Source: an uncultured Acidobacteriota bacterium (GTDB taxonomy: Bacteria; Acidobacteriota; Thermoanaerobaculia; UBA5066). From it: a DNA stretch of 64,000 nucleotides. The notes under the pieces are model-generated. The model was not told the DNA's origin, ran no database searches, and was given only the letters and a program-made list of their open reading frames with translations. This document shows, one piece after another, positions 39,160 through 49,760 of the stretch (within the stretch, counting starts at the first letter, position 1; every line of letters starts with the position of its first letter). The stretch is taken from positions 640,001-704,000 of the forward strand of contig CAVZYA010000002.1 of NCBI GenBank assembly GCA_963779415.1. The letters are read 5' to 3'. The position numbers and the translations under genes are program-made.

Positions 39160-39987
39160 TCAGTTCCACTGCAAGCCGAGGGCCGAAGCAAGGAAGACGG
39201 CCATCTGGCCGCGGGTGACAGGGGTGTTGGGGCAGAAGTTGCCGCCTCCGCATCCGGCCGTGATGCCCGACGCGTAGAGCGCCTCCACGAACTTGAAGTA
39301 GGTACTACCCGTGGGGACGTCGCTGAAAGTCGCCACCCCGGGACCCGGGCTGACCTGGAGGATGTACCCAACGATCATCCCGGCCACCCTCTCCGTTCCG
39401 TCCGAGGCGTTGGGTTCGGCCAGCGCGATGAACTGGTTGTTGAAGTTGTCGACAACGAGGTTGTCGGCCGAGAGATTTGCCGTCACGAAGTTGACGCCCG
39501 TACTTTGGAAAGCCAGGGTCGAGCAGATAAAGCCCGGCACACCGCAGGCACTACTGGTCGGGTAGTATGTGCAGCCAGAGCCTGTCCAGGGGCACTTGGT
39601 CAGGCTCCCAAATGTCCGGGCAGAGGCCGAGTTGTCGTAGTAATCCAGCTCCAGGTAGATGACTTTGGCGCCGCTGGGAAGGCGAACGGGGGCCACCAAG
39701 TCGGTAGCACCGCTGGTCGGCCAGCGCTGGCCGCGCCCAAAGTCGTTGCTGGTGTAAGGGTTAGTGCTGGCCCACGGGAAAAACGAACTTGGGGGGATCA
39801 TGACGTAAGAGACCGCGGAACCGCCGTACGTGTCGGGCAGGTTGGGTTTCGGGGGAACGGTTGTCGTTTGCTGTCCCTCCATCGTGCTCCACGGGATGTC
39901 GGAAGCATTCTGGGCCATCGCCGGTCCCGCCATCAGGACCGCCGAAACCAGAACCGTCAGGAAAATTCCCATCACTGTTTTCTTCAT
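39160..39987 (-). CDS. Small secreted single-SLH protein E
   Basis: AGGAGG RBS; signal MKKTVMG..AMAQ; RLPSGAKVIYLELDYYD core; SLH C-terminus. Confidence 0.88.
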   Translation of the reverse strand: MKKTVMGIFLTVLVSAVLMAGPAMAQNASDIPWSTMEGQQTTTVPPKPNLPDTYGGSAVSYVMIPPSSFFPWASTNPYTSNDFGRGQRWPTSGATDLVAPVRLPSGAKVIYLELDYYDNSASARTFGSLTKCPWTGSGCTYYPTSSACGVPGFICSTLAFQSTGVNFVTANLSADNLVVDNFNNQFIALAEPNASDGTERVAGMIVGYILQVSPGPGVATFSDVPTGSTYFKFVEALYASGITAGCGGGNFCPNTPVTRGQMAVFLASALGLQWN

Positions 39988-40183
39988 TTCAGGCTCCTCC
40001 TTCCTTTCGAAAAACGGACCATGCGGATTTCGTTTCATTCGACCCCCCTCCTTACCTTGCGGCTGGGGAGGCGTGACCTTTTTCGAAGCCGACCCCTCGC
40101 GAAGACGCTCTCCGTTCGGGCGGCCCCAACGCGCGGAATCTTCCCCCCAGGCGATACCGCGAATTCAACTTATCCTAAGATTC

Positions 40184-40211
40184 ATTCTGGCCCTTTCCCG
40201 GAGGATGTCAA
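40184..40211 (-). promoter_or_regulatory. Putative sigma70 promoter upstream of the SLH array
   Basis: TTGACA-16 nt-CAGAAT on the minus strand, about 200 bp upstream of gene E. Confidence 0.5.
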
Positions 40212-40225
40212 CGAGGTCCTGCGGC

Positions 40226-41143
40226 CTAACGTGGCGGCGGGGTTTGGGCCGGGGCCGGGCTCGGGCCGGGCGGCTCGAAGAAGCCCGGCGGTACGGGCTG
40301 GTTCACGCGGAGCGAGTCGACGCGGAACGAGGAGACCTCTTTCTCCCCGGAGAAGGCATCCGAAAAGAAGGGATATTCGAGGCCTTCAACGGTCCGGAAG
40401 TCAGAGTAGCGCAGGCGGATACGCTCTTTCTTCCCCTCCGGGGAAGCGGCCGGGCCCTCCCAGGAGAATTCCGCGATCCGGTGCTCGCCGTCGAGGACGG
40501 CCTCCGTCGTCTGACCGGCCATCTCTATCACGAGGACTTCGCGCCGCTCTCCACCCGGCCCGGCAGAATCACCGACTGATACCCGGAAGAGCTTGTGGCG
40601 GCGCCATTTAAGGATGGAGACGGGGTTCCGCATGGCGGTCGTTTCGAGCTTCGCTCTTTCCTCCTCGGGCAGATCGACATTCCCCAAAGCGCCGGTCATC
40701 CACGCCCGGTCGGAGGTGATGGTCGTCGAAAAGACGTCTCCGGTCGGGAGAACGACTTCCCGCCGGACGTTGTCGGGGTAGAGGAACGTGGTCTTGATGG
40801 TCGCTTCTTTTTCACCGAGAGCGGATCGTTGCCTGAGCTTTCCGGTCGATTCGAGGCTCTTCACCCCGTCGACGACCGCTGCCCCGCCCGTCGCCTCGAC
40901 GGCCTTCTCGAGAAGCTTCCATGCAGGCGTATCCGGTGTCGTGAAGTCGCTCCACTGAACCTTGTCGGCACCGGACATGGCCGGCGGGGCCGTGTCCGGG
41001 GCAGGGGGTCCGGCCACTTCCGCGGTGGCCCTCCCGGCGGGCTCTGTAGCCGGGGGAGAAGCCGGTGGGGTGGCGCAACCCGTGACGATCAGCAGGCCCG
41101 CGGCAGCGAGTGCCGGTGTGCGTCGAAGGGAAGAGACTTTCAT
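40226..41143 (-). CDS. Lipoprotein of unknown function (possibly LolA-like fold)
   Basis: Lipobox IVTGC, Pro-rich linker, LEKAVEATGG..VKS and YSDFRTVEGL.YPF motifs. Confidence 0.7.
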   Translation of the reverse strand: MKVSSLRRTPALAAAGLLIVTGCATPPASPPATEPAGRATAEVAGPPAPDTAPPAMSGADKVQWSDFTTPDTPAWKLLEKAVEATGGAAVVDGVKSLESTGKLRQRSALGEKEATIKTTFLYPDNVRREVVLPTGDVFSTTITSDRAWMTGALGNVDLPEEERAKLETTAMRNPVSILKWRRHKLFRVSVGDSAGPGGERREVLVIEMAGQTTEAVLDGEHRIAEFSWEGPAASPEGKKERIRLRYSDFRTVEGLEYPFFSDAFSGEKEVSSFRVDSLRVNQPVPPGFFEPPGPSPAPAQTPPPR

Positions 41144-41255
41144 TCCGGTTCCTCCCGTGGCAGGAATGTCGCGGTCGCTATCGTACGGGATCTGCCGGGA
41201 GGTCGTCTGTCGCTTCGCGGCCCGTTTGCGAAATGCACGTAGACTCGGCGGGATC

Positions 41256-42062
41256 GTGCGTACCGCCTTGGCCCTTCTCGCCACTTCGGCTCTGCTTTCG
41301 GCCGCTCCGCCCGCACCGGCACCGATGCCTGTCGTTCGCGAGTTCCGCGTCGGGCCGATCGACTCGGCGAAGGTCGGGATGGAGCTGGTCTTCGAGGCGA
41401 ACGGCGCGCCGTGCGGCGAGTCGGTGAAGGGGACGTTCACGCTCTTCGGCTCGGCGCCCGGAGTGCCGGTCGACGCGCCGCTCGTCTACCTCCCGGAGGG
41501 GGGCTGTGCGTTGAGGTTCGACTACCCCTTTGCCGCGATCGGCCCGGACCTCGTGGGGAAGTCGAAGGTGGATGCGCTGGAATGGTCGCTTTCCGGAGAG
41601 CGGCGCTCGCTCCCGCCCGCAAAGTCGATCGCCTGGAGCGGCCGGACGCCGCGCGAGGCGATAAGACTGACGGAGTCGATGAAGGTGGCGCTTCGCCGCT
41701 TCGTCGAAGTGCGGAACGTGACGGTCGGAGAGTTCGGCTTCGCAAGCTCGACGGTGAACGCGACGATCGACGTGACGAACCCGCTCTCTTTCGATCTCCG
41801 GATCGTCGAGGCCGCCTACGAGCTGACGGTGGACGGGACACCCGTCGCGAAAGGGCGGAAGGAGAGGGTCCTCCTCCACGCGAAGCGGGAAAGCCGGATC
41901 GAGCTGCCGGTGGAGCTGGATTACGCGGGGTTTTTCGCGGCGGCCGGCAACGCCGCGCTCGGAAACGGGGTGGCCGGCGTCCTTTCAGGGGTCGGAAAGC
42001 TCCGCCTCCCGGCCGGCGACCTCGAGTTTTCGTTCGAGTTCCCCGTGACGCTCTCGCGGTGA
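41256..42062 (+). CDS. Secreted LEA type 2 (WHy) domain protein
   Basis: Signal peptide; VTNPLSFDLRIVEAAYELTVDGTPVAKG. Confidence 0.75.
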   Translation: MRTALALLATSALLSAAPPAPAPMPVVREFRVGPIDSAKVGMELVFEANGAPCGESVKGTFTLFGSAPGVPVDAPLVYLPEGGCALRFDYPFAAIGPDLVGKSKVDALEWSLSGERRSLPPAKSIAWSGRTPREAIRLTESMKVALRRFVEVRNVTVGEFGFASSTVNATIDVTNPLSFDLRIVEAAYELTVDGTPVAKGRKERVLLHAKRESRIELPVELDYAGFFAAAGNAALGNGVAGVLSGVGKLRLPAGDLEFSFEFPVTLSR

Positions 42063-42114
42063 CTGCGGAAGCGCTCTCACGACACAGCCCCGGAGAAAGG
42101 CCACGGGCCCGGGA

Positions 42115-42444
42115 CTAGAAGAGGTGGGACTTGAGCGCCGACGCGACGTGACGCCGGTTGGAAGCGGACAGCGCCCCGATTCGTCGGAGCAAGAGTCGGG
42201 TATCCAGCGTGAAGAGCTTCAGGCGGACGATGCAAGGAAGAGGAAGGCCGGCTGCAGCCGTCTCCTCGATCTCGACGTCGCCGGGCCAGGCGTGATGCGC
42301 CTTCGTCGTGATCATGGCGAGGACGACGTGGCCTGAAGCGTGGAAGGTCTTGCGGCTCAGGACGAGGGCGGGGCGGCGTTTCGCTCCGGCCTTCTCGGAG
42401 AAGGGGAACGGAACGACGACGACGTCCCAGAGGTCACAGATCAC
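42115..42444 (-). CDS. PemK/MazF-family toxin
   Basis: DVVVVPFPFSE...KRRPALVLS and AMITT motifs. Confidence 0.9.
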   Translation of the reverse strand: MICDLWDVVVVPFPFSEKAGAKRRPALVLSRKTFHASGHVVLAMITTKAHHAWPGDVEIEETAAAGLPLPCIVRLKLFTLDTRLLLRRIGALSASNRRHVASALKSHLF

Positions 42445-42661
42445 GGAAGGCCTCGTTGTCGTCGGCGGACCCCCATTCCTCGAGAGTCTCCGCGACGGCG
42501 AAGTGGAAGGCTGCGTCGAAGGGCTCGGCCCGCCTCAGGATCGCCCGGTCGTCCTTCACTTCGTACGAAACGAGGTCTCCCGGGGAGAGATGGAGAGCCT
42601 CGCGTACCTCGACCGGGATGGTGACCTGCCCTTTTCCGGAGAGTCGGCTGGTCTTCTTCAT
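42434..42661 (-). CDS. AbrB/MazE-family antitoxin
   Basis: SGKGQVTIPVEVREALHLSPGD; overlaps the toxin start. Confidence 0.9.
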   Translation of the reverse strand: MKKTSRLSGKGQVTIPVEVREALHLSPGDLVSYEVKDDRAILRRAEPFDAAFHFAVAETLEEWGSADDNEAFRDL

Positions 42662-42738
42662 CTCTTTACTCTTTACGTAAAGAATACTCTGCCGTTTCCG
42701 TCGAGACAACCCGAATCGTCGTGGTAGGAACCCGGACC

Positions 42739-43908
42739 TCAGAACGTCAGCAGCCGGTGATATGTCCCGACGACGTCGAGGGAGGCGTACGCCGCGGCGC
42801 GTCCCCTTCCGCCTTCGGCCAGCTTGGCACGCGTCCGGTCGCTCCGCCAGAGAAGCTCCAGCGCGTCGGCGGTCGAGGTCTCGTCCTTCGGATTGAAGTA
42901 GAGGGCATCTTCCCGGGCGAGTTCCGTGAGCGCGGGTATCGCGGAGCAGGCCACGGGGGTTCCGAGCGCCATCGCCTCGAGGACGGGGATGCCGAATCCC
43001 TCGAACAGGGACGGGAAGACGAGAAAGCGCGCGCCCTGGAGGAGCGCCGTCACGTGAGCGTCCGGAAGATAGGGAAAGAGACGGACGGCGCCGGCGAGGC
43101 CCCGCTGGCGGACGGCGGCGAGAAGCCCCTCGCGGCCGGCATCCAGCGCGCCGCAAAGGACGAGCTTGAGGTCGGGAGCGGCGCGTCGCGCGCGGACGAG
43201 GGCGGAAAGGAGCCGGTCGTGGTTCTTGTGGGGCCAGTAGTTGGCGGGGTAGACGGCGAACCCGTCCGGTGAGAGATCGAGCCGGGAAAGTATGTCGGCC
43301 TGCTCCGCAGTCCGCAGAGGCTCGCGCGGCGCACCCGTGACGGGGGGAAGGACGGTGATCCGCGCGGGGTCCAGCCCCGCTTTCGCGACGCCGTCCCGCT
43401 TCGTCGCTTCCGAGACGGCGACGAGCCGATCGACGCGGCCGAGATCCCGCCGGAAAGCCGCCCGGCGCCTTCGCTCCTTCCCGTCGAAGAATTTCGGATA
43501 CGAAAGCTCCTGAAAATCATGCGCCACGGCCAGGTGCGGGAGATCGGGCTCGTGGAAGAGAGCCGTGAAGAGCGGGCTGAAGAGAACGTCCGCCCCGCGG
43601 CTGCGAAGAGAGTCCCGGTCGGGAACCCACCGCGCGACGGCGGGGGGGAGCCGGCGCAGTTCCCGGCGGAGGCGGCGGGGCTCGACGATCTCCTCTCCGA
43701 GGATGGCGACGTCGAGGTTCTCTCTCCGGAGCGGCTCGAGGAGCGGCGCGGCCTCCCTCTTCACGAGGACGGTATAGCGGTGCGCGTCGGTCCGGCCGGC
43801 GAGCGCTCCGAGAAGGCGGAGGACGAAACGGCCGGCGCCGCCGCCCGAGCCGTCGGGCGGCAGCGTGGAGAGGTCGACGAAGACGCGGCGTTCCGTCCCG
43901 GCGGCCAC
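42739..43908 (-). CDS. GT4 family glycosyltransferase
   Basis: HDFQ, AVSEAT, WPHKNH, FPSLFEGFGIPVLEAMALGTPV. Confidence 0.9.
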   Translation of the reverse strand: MAAGTERRVFVDLSTLPPDGSGGGAGRFVLRLLGALAGRTDAHRYTVLVKREAAPLLEPLRRENLDVAILGEEIVEPRRLRRELRRLPPAVARWVPDRDSLRSRGADVLFSPLFTALFHEPDLPHLAVAHDFQELSYPKFFDGKERRRRAAFRRDLGRVDRLVAVSEATKRDGVAKAGLDPARITVLPPVTGAPREPLRTAEQADILSRLDLSPDGFAVYPANYWPHKNHDRLLSALVRARRAAPDLKLVLCGALDAGREGLLAAVRQRGLAGAVRLFPYLPDAHVTALLQGARFLVFPSLFEGFGIPVLEAMALGTPVACSAIPALTELAREDALYFNPKDETSTADALELLWRSDRTRAKLAEGGRGRAAAYASLDVVGTYHRLLTF

Positions 43909-43937
43909 GCCCCCACTTTGGCACAATGCCGTCGATC

Positions 43938-44936
43938 ATGTCGCGCATCCTGATCACGGGGATCACGGGGCAGGACGGCTCGTACCTGACGGAGTCCCAC
44001 CTGGCTTCGGGGGACGAAGTGCACGGGATGGTCCGGCAGTCGAGTCTCCTCCAGAGAACGCGCCTCGATTCGCTCCCCGCCCTCCGGGCGGCGCGGGAAA
44101 CGGGGCGGCTCTCTCTTCACTACGCCGACCTTCAGGACACGAGCAGCCTCATCGCCCTGATGCGGAAAGTGACGCCCGACGTCGTCTACCACCTCGCGGG
44201 TCAGAGCCACGTCGGGATCTCCTTCGACATGCCCGAGTACACGGCCGAGGCGACGGGGCTCGGAACGCTCCGGCTTCTCGAGGCGGTGCGGCAGGTGGCG
44301 CCGGAGTGCCGCTTCTTCTTCGCGGCCACGAGCGAGATCTTCGGCGAGCCGCTGGAAGTGCCGCAGACGGAGAAGACACCGATGGCGCCGATCAATCCGT
44401 ACGCCGCGGCGAAGGTCTACGGTCTGAACCTCGTCCGGATCTACCGGAAAGCGTACGGGCTCCACGCCTCGGTCGGAATCCTCTTCAACCACGAGAGCCC
44501 GCGCCGGGGCGAGAACTACGTCACGCGGAAGGTCTCGGGCGCCGCCGCGCGGATCGCCCGGAGGCTCCAGAAGGAGCTGCACCTCGGGACGCTCGAGCCG
44601 CGGCGCGACTGGAGCTACGCGGTGGACATGGTGGACGGCATCCGACGGATCGTGGCGGCCGACCGGGGGGACGACTACGTCCTCGCCTCCGGCGTCTCGC
44701 ACTCGGTCCGGGACTTCTGCGAGGCGGCCTTCTCCCGGGTCGGCCTCGACTACCGGAAGCACGTCGTCCTCGATCCGACGTTCGTCCGTCCTCTCGACAT
44801 CTCGGAGACGCGCGGCGACTCGTCGAAGGCGCAGCGACAGCTGGGGTGGGCGCCGAAGACGGGATTTGACGAGCTGGTCCGGATCATGATCGATGCCGAG
44901 CTCGCGGCACTGGATCGGCCGGCGGAGAGCGCCTGA
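43938..44936 (+). CDS. gmd: GDP-mannose 4,6-dehydratase
   Basis: GITGQDGSYL, LAGQSHV, PYAAAK, GILFNHESPRRG..YVTRK. Confidence 0.92.
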   Translation: MSRILITGITGQDGSYLTESHLASGDEVHGMVRQSSLLQRTRLDSLPALRAARETGRLSLHYADLQDTSSLIALMRKVTPDVVYHLAGQSHVGISFDMPEYTAEATGLGTLRLLEAVRQVAPECRFFFAATSEIFGEPLEVPQTEKTPMAPINPYAAAKVYGLNLVRIYRKAYGLHASVGILFNHESPRRGENYVTRKVSGAAARIARRLQKELHLGTLEPRRDWSYAVDMVDGIRRIVAADRGDDYVLASGVSHSVRDFCEAAFSRVGLDYRKHVVLDPTFVRPLDISETRGDSSKAQRQLGWAPKTGFDELVRIMIDAELAALDRPAESA

Positions 44937-45832
44937 CGACGCCTCCGACCGTCATCGTCCCGGCCTTTCGCCGTCCGGAGGCGTCGCGCCGGACGCTCGC
45001 GTCCCTCGTCGCGGCCGGGGCCGGGAAGATTCTCTTCGTGGACGACGACGGGACGGCCTCGGGCGAAGAGCTCGCGCGCGAGTTCCCTCTCGTCGAGGTG
45101 ATCCGGACCGACCGGCCGCGGTGGTGGACGGGGTGCATCGTTCTCGGCGTCGAGCGGGCGCTCGAGCGGAGCGACGGCTCCGTCCTCTTCTTCAATCAGG
45201 ACGTGGTCTGCGCCCCGGACTACTTCGACAGGCTGGCCGAAGCGGCATTCCGCTTTCCCGGCAGTCTGATCGGGAGCGCCGTCCTCTATGCCCACGATCC
45301 GGAGCGGGTCTGGTCGGCGGGGGGAGCGATCGAGTGGTGGGGGCGCGGAATCCGCGGCCTTCATCACGGCGAGAGCGTCTCCGCCCTCCCGGCCGATCCC
45401 TTCGACGCGGACTGGCTCTTCGGGATGGGGACCTACGTTCCCCGCGAGGCGTTCCTCGAGATCGGCCTTCCCGACGAGAAGCGCTTCCCGCAGGCATGGG
45501 GCGACGTCGACTTCACCCTTCGGGCGCGAAGGAGAGGGTACCGGCTCGTGGTGGCTCCTTCGGCCCGGCTCTTCCACGAGGTCGGCGCATACGACCCGAG
45601 AGTGGCGGGTCCGCCGAGCGCGAGGCAATACGCGGCCGGACTCGCCGACCCGAAGCACAACCTCTCCCTCTCCGCGCACGCGACGATCTGGCGGCGCTAC
45701 GGGCCGCGGCTCCTCTGGCCGCTCTCGCTGGCTCTCCGGATCGGAATTCTTCTGCTCAATTTCATTCGCATCCGGCTGAGATTCCCGCGCGAGCAGCGTC
45801 CAACCGGAGGCCAGGGTGGTTTTTCTGCTTAG
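44933..45832 (+). CDS. GT2 family glycosyltransferase (start uncertain; frame open from ~44933)
   Basis: TVIVPAFRR, FFNQD, FPQAWGDVDFTLRA. Confidence 0.8.
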   Translation: MTTPPTVIVPAFRRPEASRRTLASLVAAGAGKILFVDDDGTASGEELAREFPLVEVIRTDRPRWWTGCIVLGVERALERSDGSVLFFNQDVVCAPDYFDRLAEAAFRFPGSLIGSAVLYAHDPERVWSAGGAIEWWGRGIRGLHHGESVSALPADPFDADWLFGMGTYVPREAFLEIGLPDEKRFPQAWGDVDFTLRARRRGYRLVVAPSARLFHEVGAYDPRVAGPPSARQYAAGLADPKHNLSLSAHATIWRRYGPRLLWPLSLALRIGILLLNFIRIRLRFPREQRPTGGQGGFSA

Positions 45833-45943
45833 AAGGCGCGGGAACGGCCGAATCGCGGGGAACGCCGTTGCCGCGAGGCGGACGCAGAGCCTTTGCTTCA
45901 GTCTTTATTCACCTTCTAAGAGAATCTTCTTCGGACTTTTTCC

Positions 45944-46858
45944 TTGAGTACCCGTCTGCCTTCGATCTCGTTGGTGACCCCCTCTCTGAATCAGGGGCCG
46001 TTCCTCCGCGCGACGATCGAGAGCGTCCTCGCCCAGGAATACCCGGAGCTCGAGGTCCTCGTTCAGGACGGGGGGTCGACGGACGGGACGCTCGAGATCC
46101 TCCGCGAGTACGAAGGGCGGATCGCGTGGGTCTCCGAGAAGGACCGCGGGCAGGCCGACGCCATCAATCGTGGCCTCCACCGGGCGCGGGGCGAAGTGCT
46201 CGGCTACCTGAACAGCGACGACGTCCTCCGGCCGGGCGCCCTCCGCGCCGTGGGGGAGGCTTTCGCGTCGCGGCCGGAGACGCTCTTCGTCTGGGGGCGC
46301 GCCGCCTACCTCGATGCGGAAGGAAGGACGGTTTCGCCCTATCTCGCTCGCCCGGACGCGCTCGAGCGCCTCGCCGACGCCTGCTTCATCGCGCAGCCGG
46401 CGGCCTTCTTCCGGCGAAGGGTCTGGGACGAAGTCGGCGACTTCGACGAGACGCTGCACCACACGATGGATTACGACTACTGGCTCCGGATCGCCGAGCG
46501 GTACGGCGCATCCTGCGGCACCTTCCTCGACCGGGAGCTGGCCGGCTGCCGGATGCACGCGGGGGCGAAGACCGTGGCGGGATGGGACCGGGGGCTGGAA
46601 GAGATCTTTTCCCTCGTCAAGCGCCGGACGGGCTACGTCTCCCTCTGGTGGTGCGTGGCGAAGTGGGACCACAGGATGGACGGCCGCAGCCAGGCCACCG
46701 ATCCGCATCCCGTCCCCTGGCGCGCCTATCTCCCCGCGATCCTCGAGTTCCTGCGTCGTAACCCTCCGGGGTTCTGGAAGCGGGGCTTTCGGGTGCCGTC
46801 CGGGGTTTTCGCAAACGTCTCGCCGCGGGAGCGTGACGCCGTCTTTCCTGACGCATAA
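45944..46858 (+). CDS. GT2 family glycosyltransferase
   Basis: [31 protein letters not shown]. Confidence 0.9.
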   Translation: MSTRLPSISLVTPSLNQGPFLRATIESVLAQEYPELEVLVQDGGSTDGTLEILREYEGRIAWVSEKDRGQADAINRGLHRARGEVLGYLNSDDVLRPGALRAVGEAFASRPETLFVWGRAAYLDAEGRTVSPYLARPDALERLADACFIAQPAAFFRRRVWDEVGDFDETLHHTMDYDYWLRIAERYGASCGTFLDRELAGCRMHAGAKTVAGWDRGLEEIFSLVKRRTGYVSLWWCVAKWDHRMDGRSQATDPHPVPWRAYLPAILEFLRRNPPGFWKRGFRVPSGVFANVSPRERDAVFPDA

Positions 46859-46870
46859 TTCGCGCCCTCG

Positions 46871-49723
46871 ATGGACTCGATCGTCATTCGCGGGGCCCGC
46901 GAGCACAACCTCAAGAACGTCTCGCTGACGATTCCCCGCAACGCTCTCGTCGTCCTGACGGGGGTCTCCGGGTCGGGGAAGTCGTCTCTCGCGTTCGACA
47001 CGCTCTTCGCCGAGGGGCAGCGCCGGTACGTGGAGTCGCTCTCCGCCTACGCGCGGCAGTTTCTCGAGCAGATGGAGAAGCCGGACGTCGACTCGATCGA
47101 GGGACTCTCGCCCGCCATCTCGATCGAGCAGAAGACGACCTCGAAGAACCCGCGCTCGACCGTCGGGACGGTGACGGAGATCTACGACTACCTCCGCCTC
47201 CTCTACGCGTCGATCGGGAAGCCCCATTGCCCCTCCTGCGGCAGGGAGATCTCCGCACAGACGATCCAGCAGATGACGGACCGGGTCCTCGCGATGCCGG
47301 AGGGGACGCGGTTCCTCGTCCTCGCCCCCTATGTCCGCGGGAAGAAGGGGGAGTACCGGCGGCAGATGTCGGAGATGGTCCGGCAGGGGTTTCTCCGCGC
47401 GCGCGTGGACGGGACGATGGTCGACCTCGAGACGCCGCCGGAGCTGGACAAGCAGAAGAAGCACACGATCGAGATCGTCGTCGACCGGCTCCAGGTCCGG
47501 CGGGACGACGAGACGCGCCGCCGGCTCGCCGACTCGCTCGAGACGGCGACGAAGGCGGCGGAGGGGCTCGTCACGATCGCCGTCGTGAAGGAAGAAGGGG
47601 CGCCGACGGAGGACGAGACGCTCTCGACGAGCTATGCCTGCCCCGACTGCGCCACGTCGCTCGCCGAGATCACGCCCCGCCTCTTCTCGTTCAACTCCCC
47701 CTTTGGCGCCTGCCCCGCCTGCAGCGGCCTCGGCTCGGTGAAGACCCCCGACCCGGAGCGGATCGTGCCGGACCCGTCGCTCTCGATCCGCGACGGCGCG
47801 ATCGCCCTCTTCAAGCCCGGCTCGTCGGCGTGGCGCCTCCGGCAGATCGAGCAGCTTTCGAAGGCCGCGAAGTTCCCGCTCGACGTGCCGTGGAAGAAGC
47901 TGCCGAAGGAGGTCCGCGAGCTGATCCTTCACGGCTCCGGGGACCGCGAGATCAAGTGGAGGTGGAAGTCGGAGAAGGGGGAGTACAACTGGTCCTCGTC
48001 CTACAAGGGGCTCGTGACGCTCCTTTCGGAGAAGTACAAGGAGCTGGAAAGCGACGAGATGCGGCTCGAGCTGGAGGAGTTCTTCTCGTCGACCCCCTGT
48101 TCCGACTGCGGCGGGCGGCGGCTGAAGAAGGAGGCGCTCTCGGTCCTCGTCGCGGAGCGCCCCATCGACGCCCTGACGACCCTCACGCTGGAGGAGGCGA
48201 AGGCGTTCTTCGAAGGGCTCTCCCCGACGAAGCGGGAGAGCGAGATCGCCGGGAAGATCCTGAAGGAGATCCGGGACCGGCTCGGCTTTTTGAACGACGT
48301 CGGGATCGGCTACCTCTCGCTCTCCCGCGCGTCGGCGACGCTTTCGGGGGGCGAGGCGCAGCGCATCCGCCTCGCGACGCAGATCGGCTCGAAGCTGATG
48401 GGGGTCCTCTACGTCCTCGACGAGCCCTCCATCGGCCTCCACCCGAAGGACAACCGGAGGCTGATCGACACGCTCGTCGCGATGCGCGACCTCGGAAACA
48501 CGGTCGTCGTCGTGGAGCACGACGAGGAGACGATCCGATCGGCGGACCGCGTCGTCGACCTCGGGCCGGGGGCCGGGATCCACGGAGGCGAGGTGGTGGG
48601 GGAGGGGCGGGCCGACGAGCTCGCGGGCTTTCCGCGGTCGCTGACCGGGAAGTACCTCTCTGGCGCTCTCTCGATCGAGGTCCCCTCCCGGAGGCGCCCG
48701 GGGAGCGGGAAGATGCTCGCCGTCGTCGGTGCGCGGGAAAACAACCTCAAGAACATTACCGTCCGCTTCCCTCTCGGTGTCTTCACGGCGGTGACGGGGG
48801 TCTCCGGCTCGGGAAAGTCGACGCTCGTCAACGACATCCTCTTCCGTGCCGCGGCGCGCGCTTTCCACGACTCGACCGAGAGGCCCGGAGCCCACACGCG
48901 GATCGACGGGCTCGCCCATCTCGACAAGGTGATCGACATCGATCAGTCGCCGATCGGGCGGACGCCGCGCTCGAATCCGGCCACGTACACGAACCTGATG
49001 ACCCCGATCCGGGACCTGATGTCGCAGGTGCCCGAGGCCCGGATGCGGGGGTACGGACCGGGGCGCTTCTCGTTCAACGTGAAGGGGGGGCGCTGCGAGA
49101 ACTGCGGCGGCGGCGGGCAGATCGCCATCGAGATGCACTTCCTCCCCGACATCTACGTGACGTGCGACGTCTGCGGCGGGAAGCGATACAACCGGGAGAC
49201 GCTGGAGGTCCGGTACAAGGGGCTGAACATCGCCGACGTCCTCGCCCTGACCGTCGAGCAGGCGGCCGAGGTCTTCGCGAACGTCCCCGGAATCCGCGTC
49301 GTCGTCGAAACGCTCGCCGAGGTGGGTCTCGGCTACATCCACCTCGGACAGCCCGCCACGACGCTCTCGGGGGGCGAGGCGCAGAGGGTGAAGCTCGCGC
49401 GCGAGCTGGCGCGGCGGGCCACGGGGCGGACTCTCTACATCCTCGACGAGCCGACGACGGGGCTCCACTTCGACGACGTCGGGAAGCTCCTCGCGGTGCT
49501 GCATGCCCTCGTCGACCGGGGGAACACGGTCATCGTCATCGAGCACAACCTCGACGTCGTCAAGACGGCCGACTGGGTCGTGGACCTCGGCCCGGAGGGG
49601 GGGGCGCGGGGGGGCGAGGTGATCGCGGAGGGGACGCCGGAGGCCGTCTCGTCGGCACCGGGCTCGGCCACGGGTCTTTACCTCTCGAAGGTCCTCGCCG
49701 GGCGGCGCCGCGCAAAACGGTGA
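46871..49723 (+). CDS. uvrA: Excinuclease ABC subunit A
   Basis: Two Walker A motifs (GVSGSGKS), zinc fingers, LSGGEAQR twice. Confidence 0.97.
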   Translation: MDSIVIRGAREHNLKNVSLTIPRNALVVLTGVSGSGKSSLAFDTLFAEGQRRYVESLSAYARQFLEQMEKPDVDSIEGLSPAISIEQKTTSKNPRSTVGTVTEIYDYLRLLYASIGKPHCPSCGREISAQTIQQMTDRVLAMPEGTRFLVLAPYVRGKKGEYRRQMSEMVRQGFLRARVDGTMVDLETPPELDKQKKHTIEIVVDRLQVRRDDETRRRLADSLETATKAAEGLVTIAVVKEEGAPTEDETLSTSYACPDCATSLAEITPRLFSFNSPFGACPACSGLGSVKTPDPERIVPDPSLSIRDGAIALFKPGSSAWRLRQIEQLSKAAKFPLDVPWKKLPKEVRELILHGSGDREIKWRWKSEKGEYNWSSSYKGLVTLLSEKYKELESDEMRLELEEFFSSTPCSDCGGRRLKKEALSVLVAERPIDALTTLTLEEAKAFFEGLSPTKRESEIAGKILKEIRDRLGFLNDVGIGYLSLSRASATLSGGEAQRIRLATQIGSKLMGVLYVLDEPSIGLHPKDNRRLIDTLVAMRDLGNTVVVVEHDEETIRSADRVVDLGPGAGIHGGEVVGEGRADELAGFPRSLTGKYLSGALSIEVPSRRRPGSGKMLAVVGARENNLKNITVRFPLGVFTAVTGVSGSGKSTLVNDILFRAAARAFHDSTERPGAHTRIDGLAHLDKVIDIDQSPIGRTPRSNPATYTNLMTPIRDLMSQVPEARMRGYGPGRFSFNVKGGRCENCGGGGQIAIEMHFLPDIYVTCDVCGGKRYNRETLEVRYKGLNIADVLALTVEQAAEVFANVPGIRVVVETLAEVGLGYIHLGQPATTLSGGEAQRVKLARELARRATGRTLYILDEPTTGLHFDDVGKLLAVLHALVDRGNTVIVIEHNLDVVKTADWVVDLGPEGGARGGEVIAEGTPEAVSSAPGSATGLYLSKVLAGRRRAKR

Positions 49724-49760
49724 AGCGGAGCGGGGCCTCGACTACAATCGAGAATTCACC

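Noticed and set aside
45905-49546. 1213-aa antisense ORF, and similar long shadow ORFs opposite clpX, rho, tig and the SLH genes
   Set aside because: These are typical stop-poor antisense frames of high-GC genes and have no recognisable motifs.
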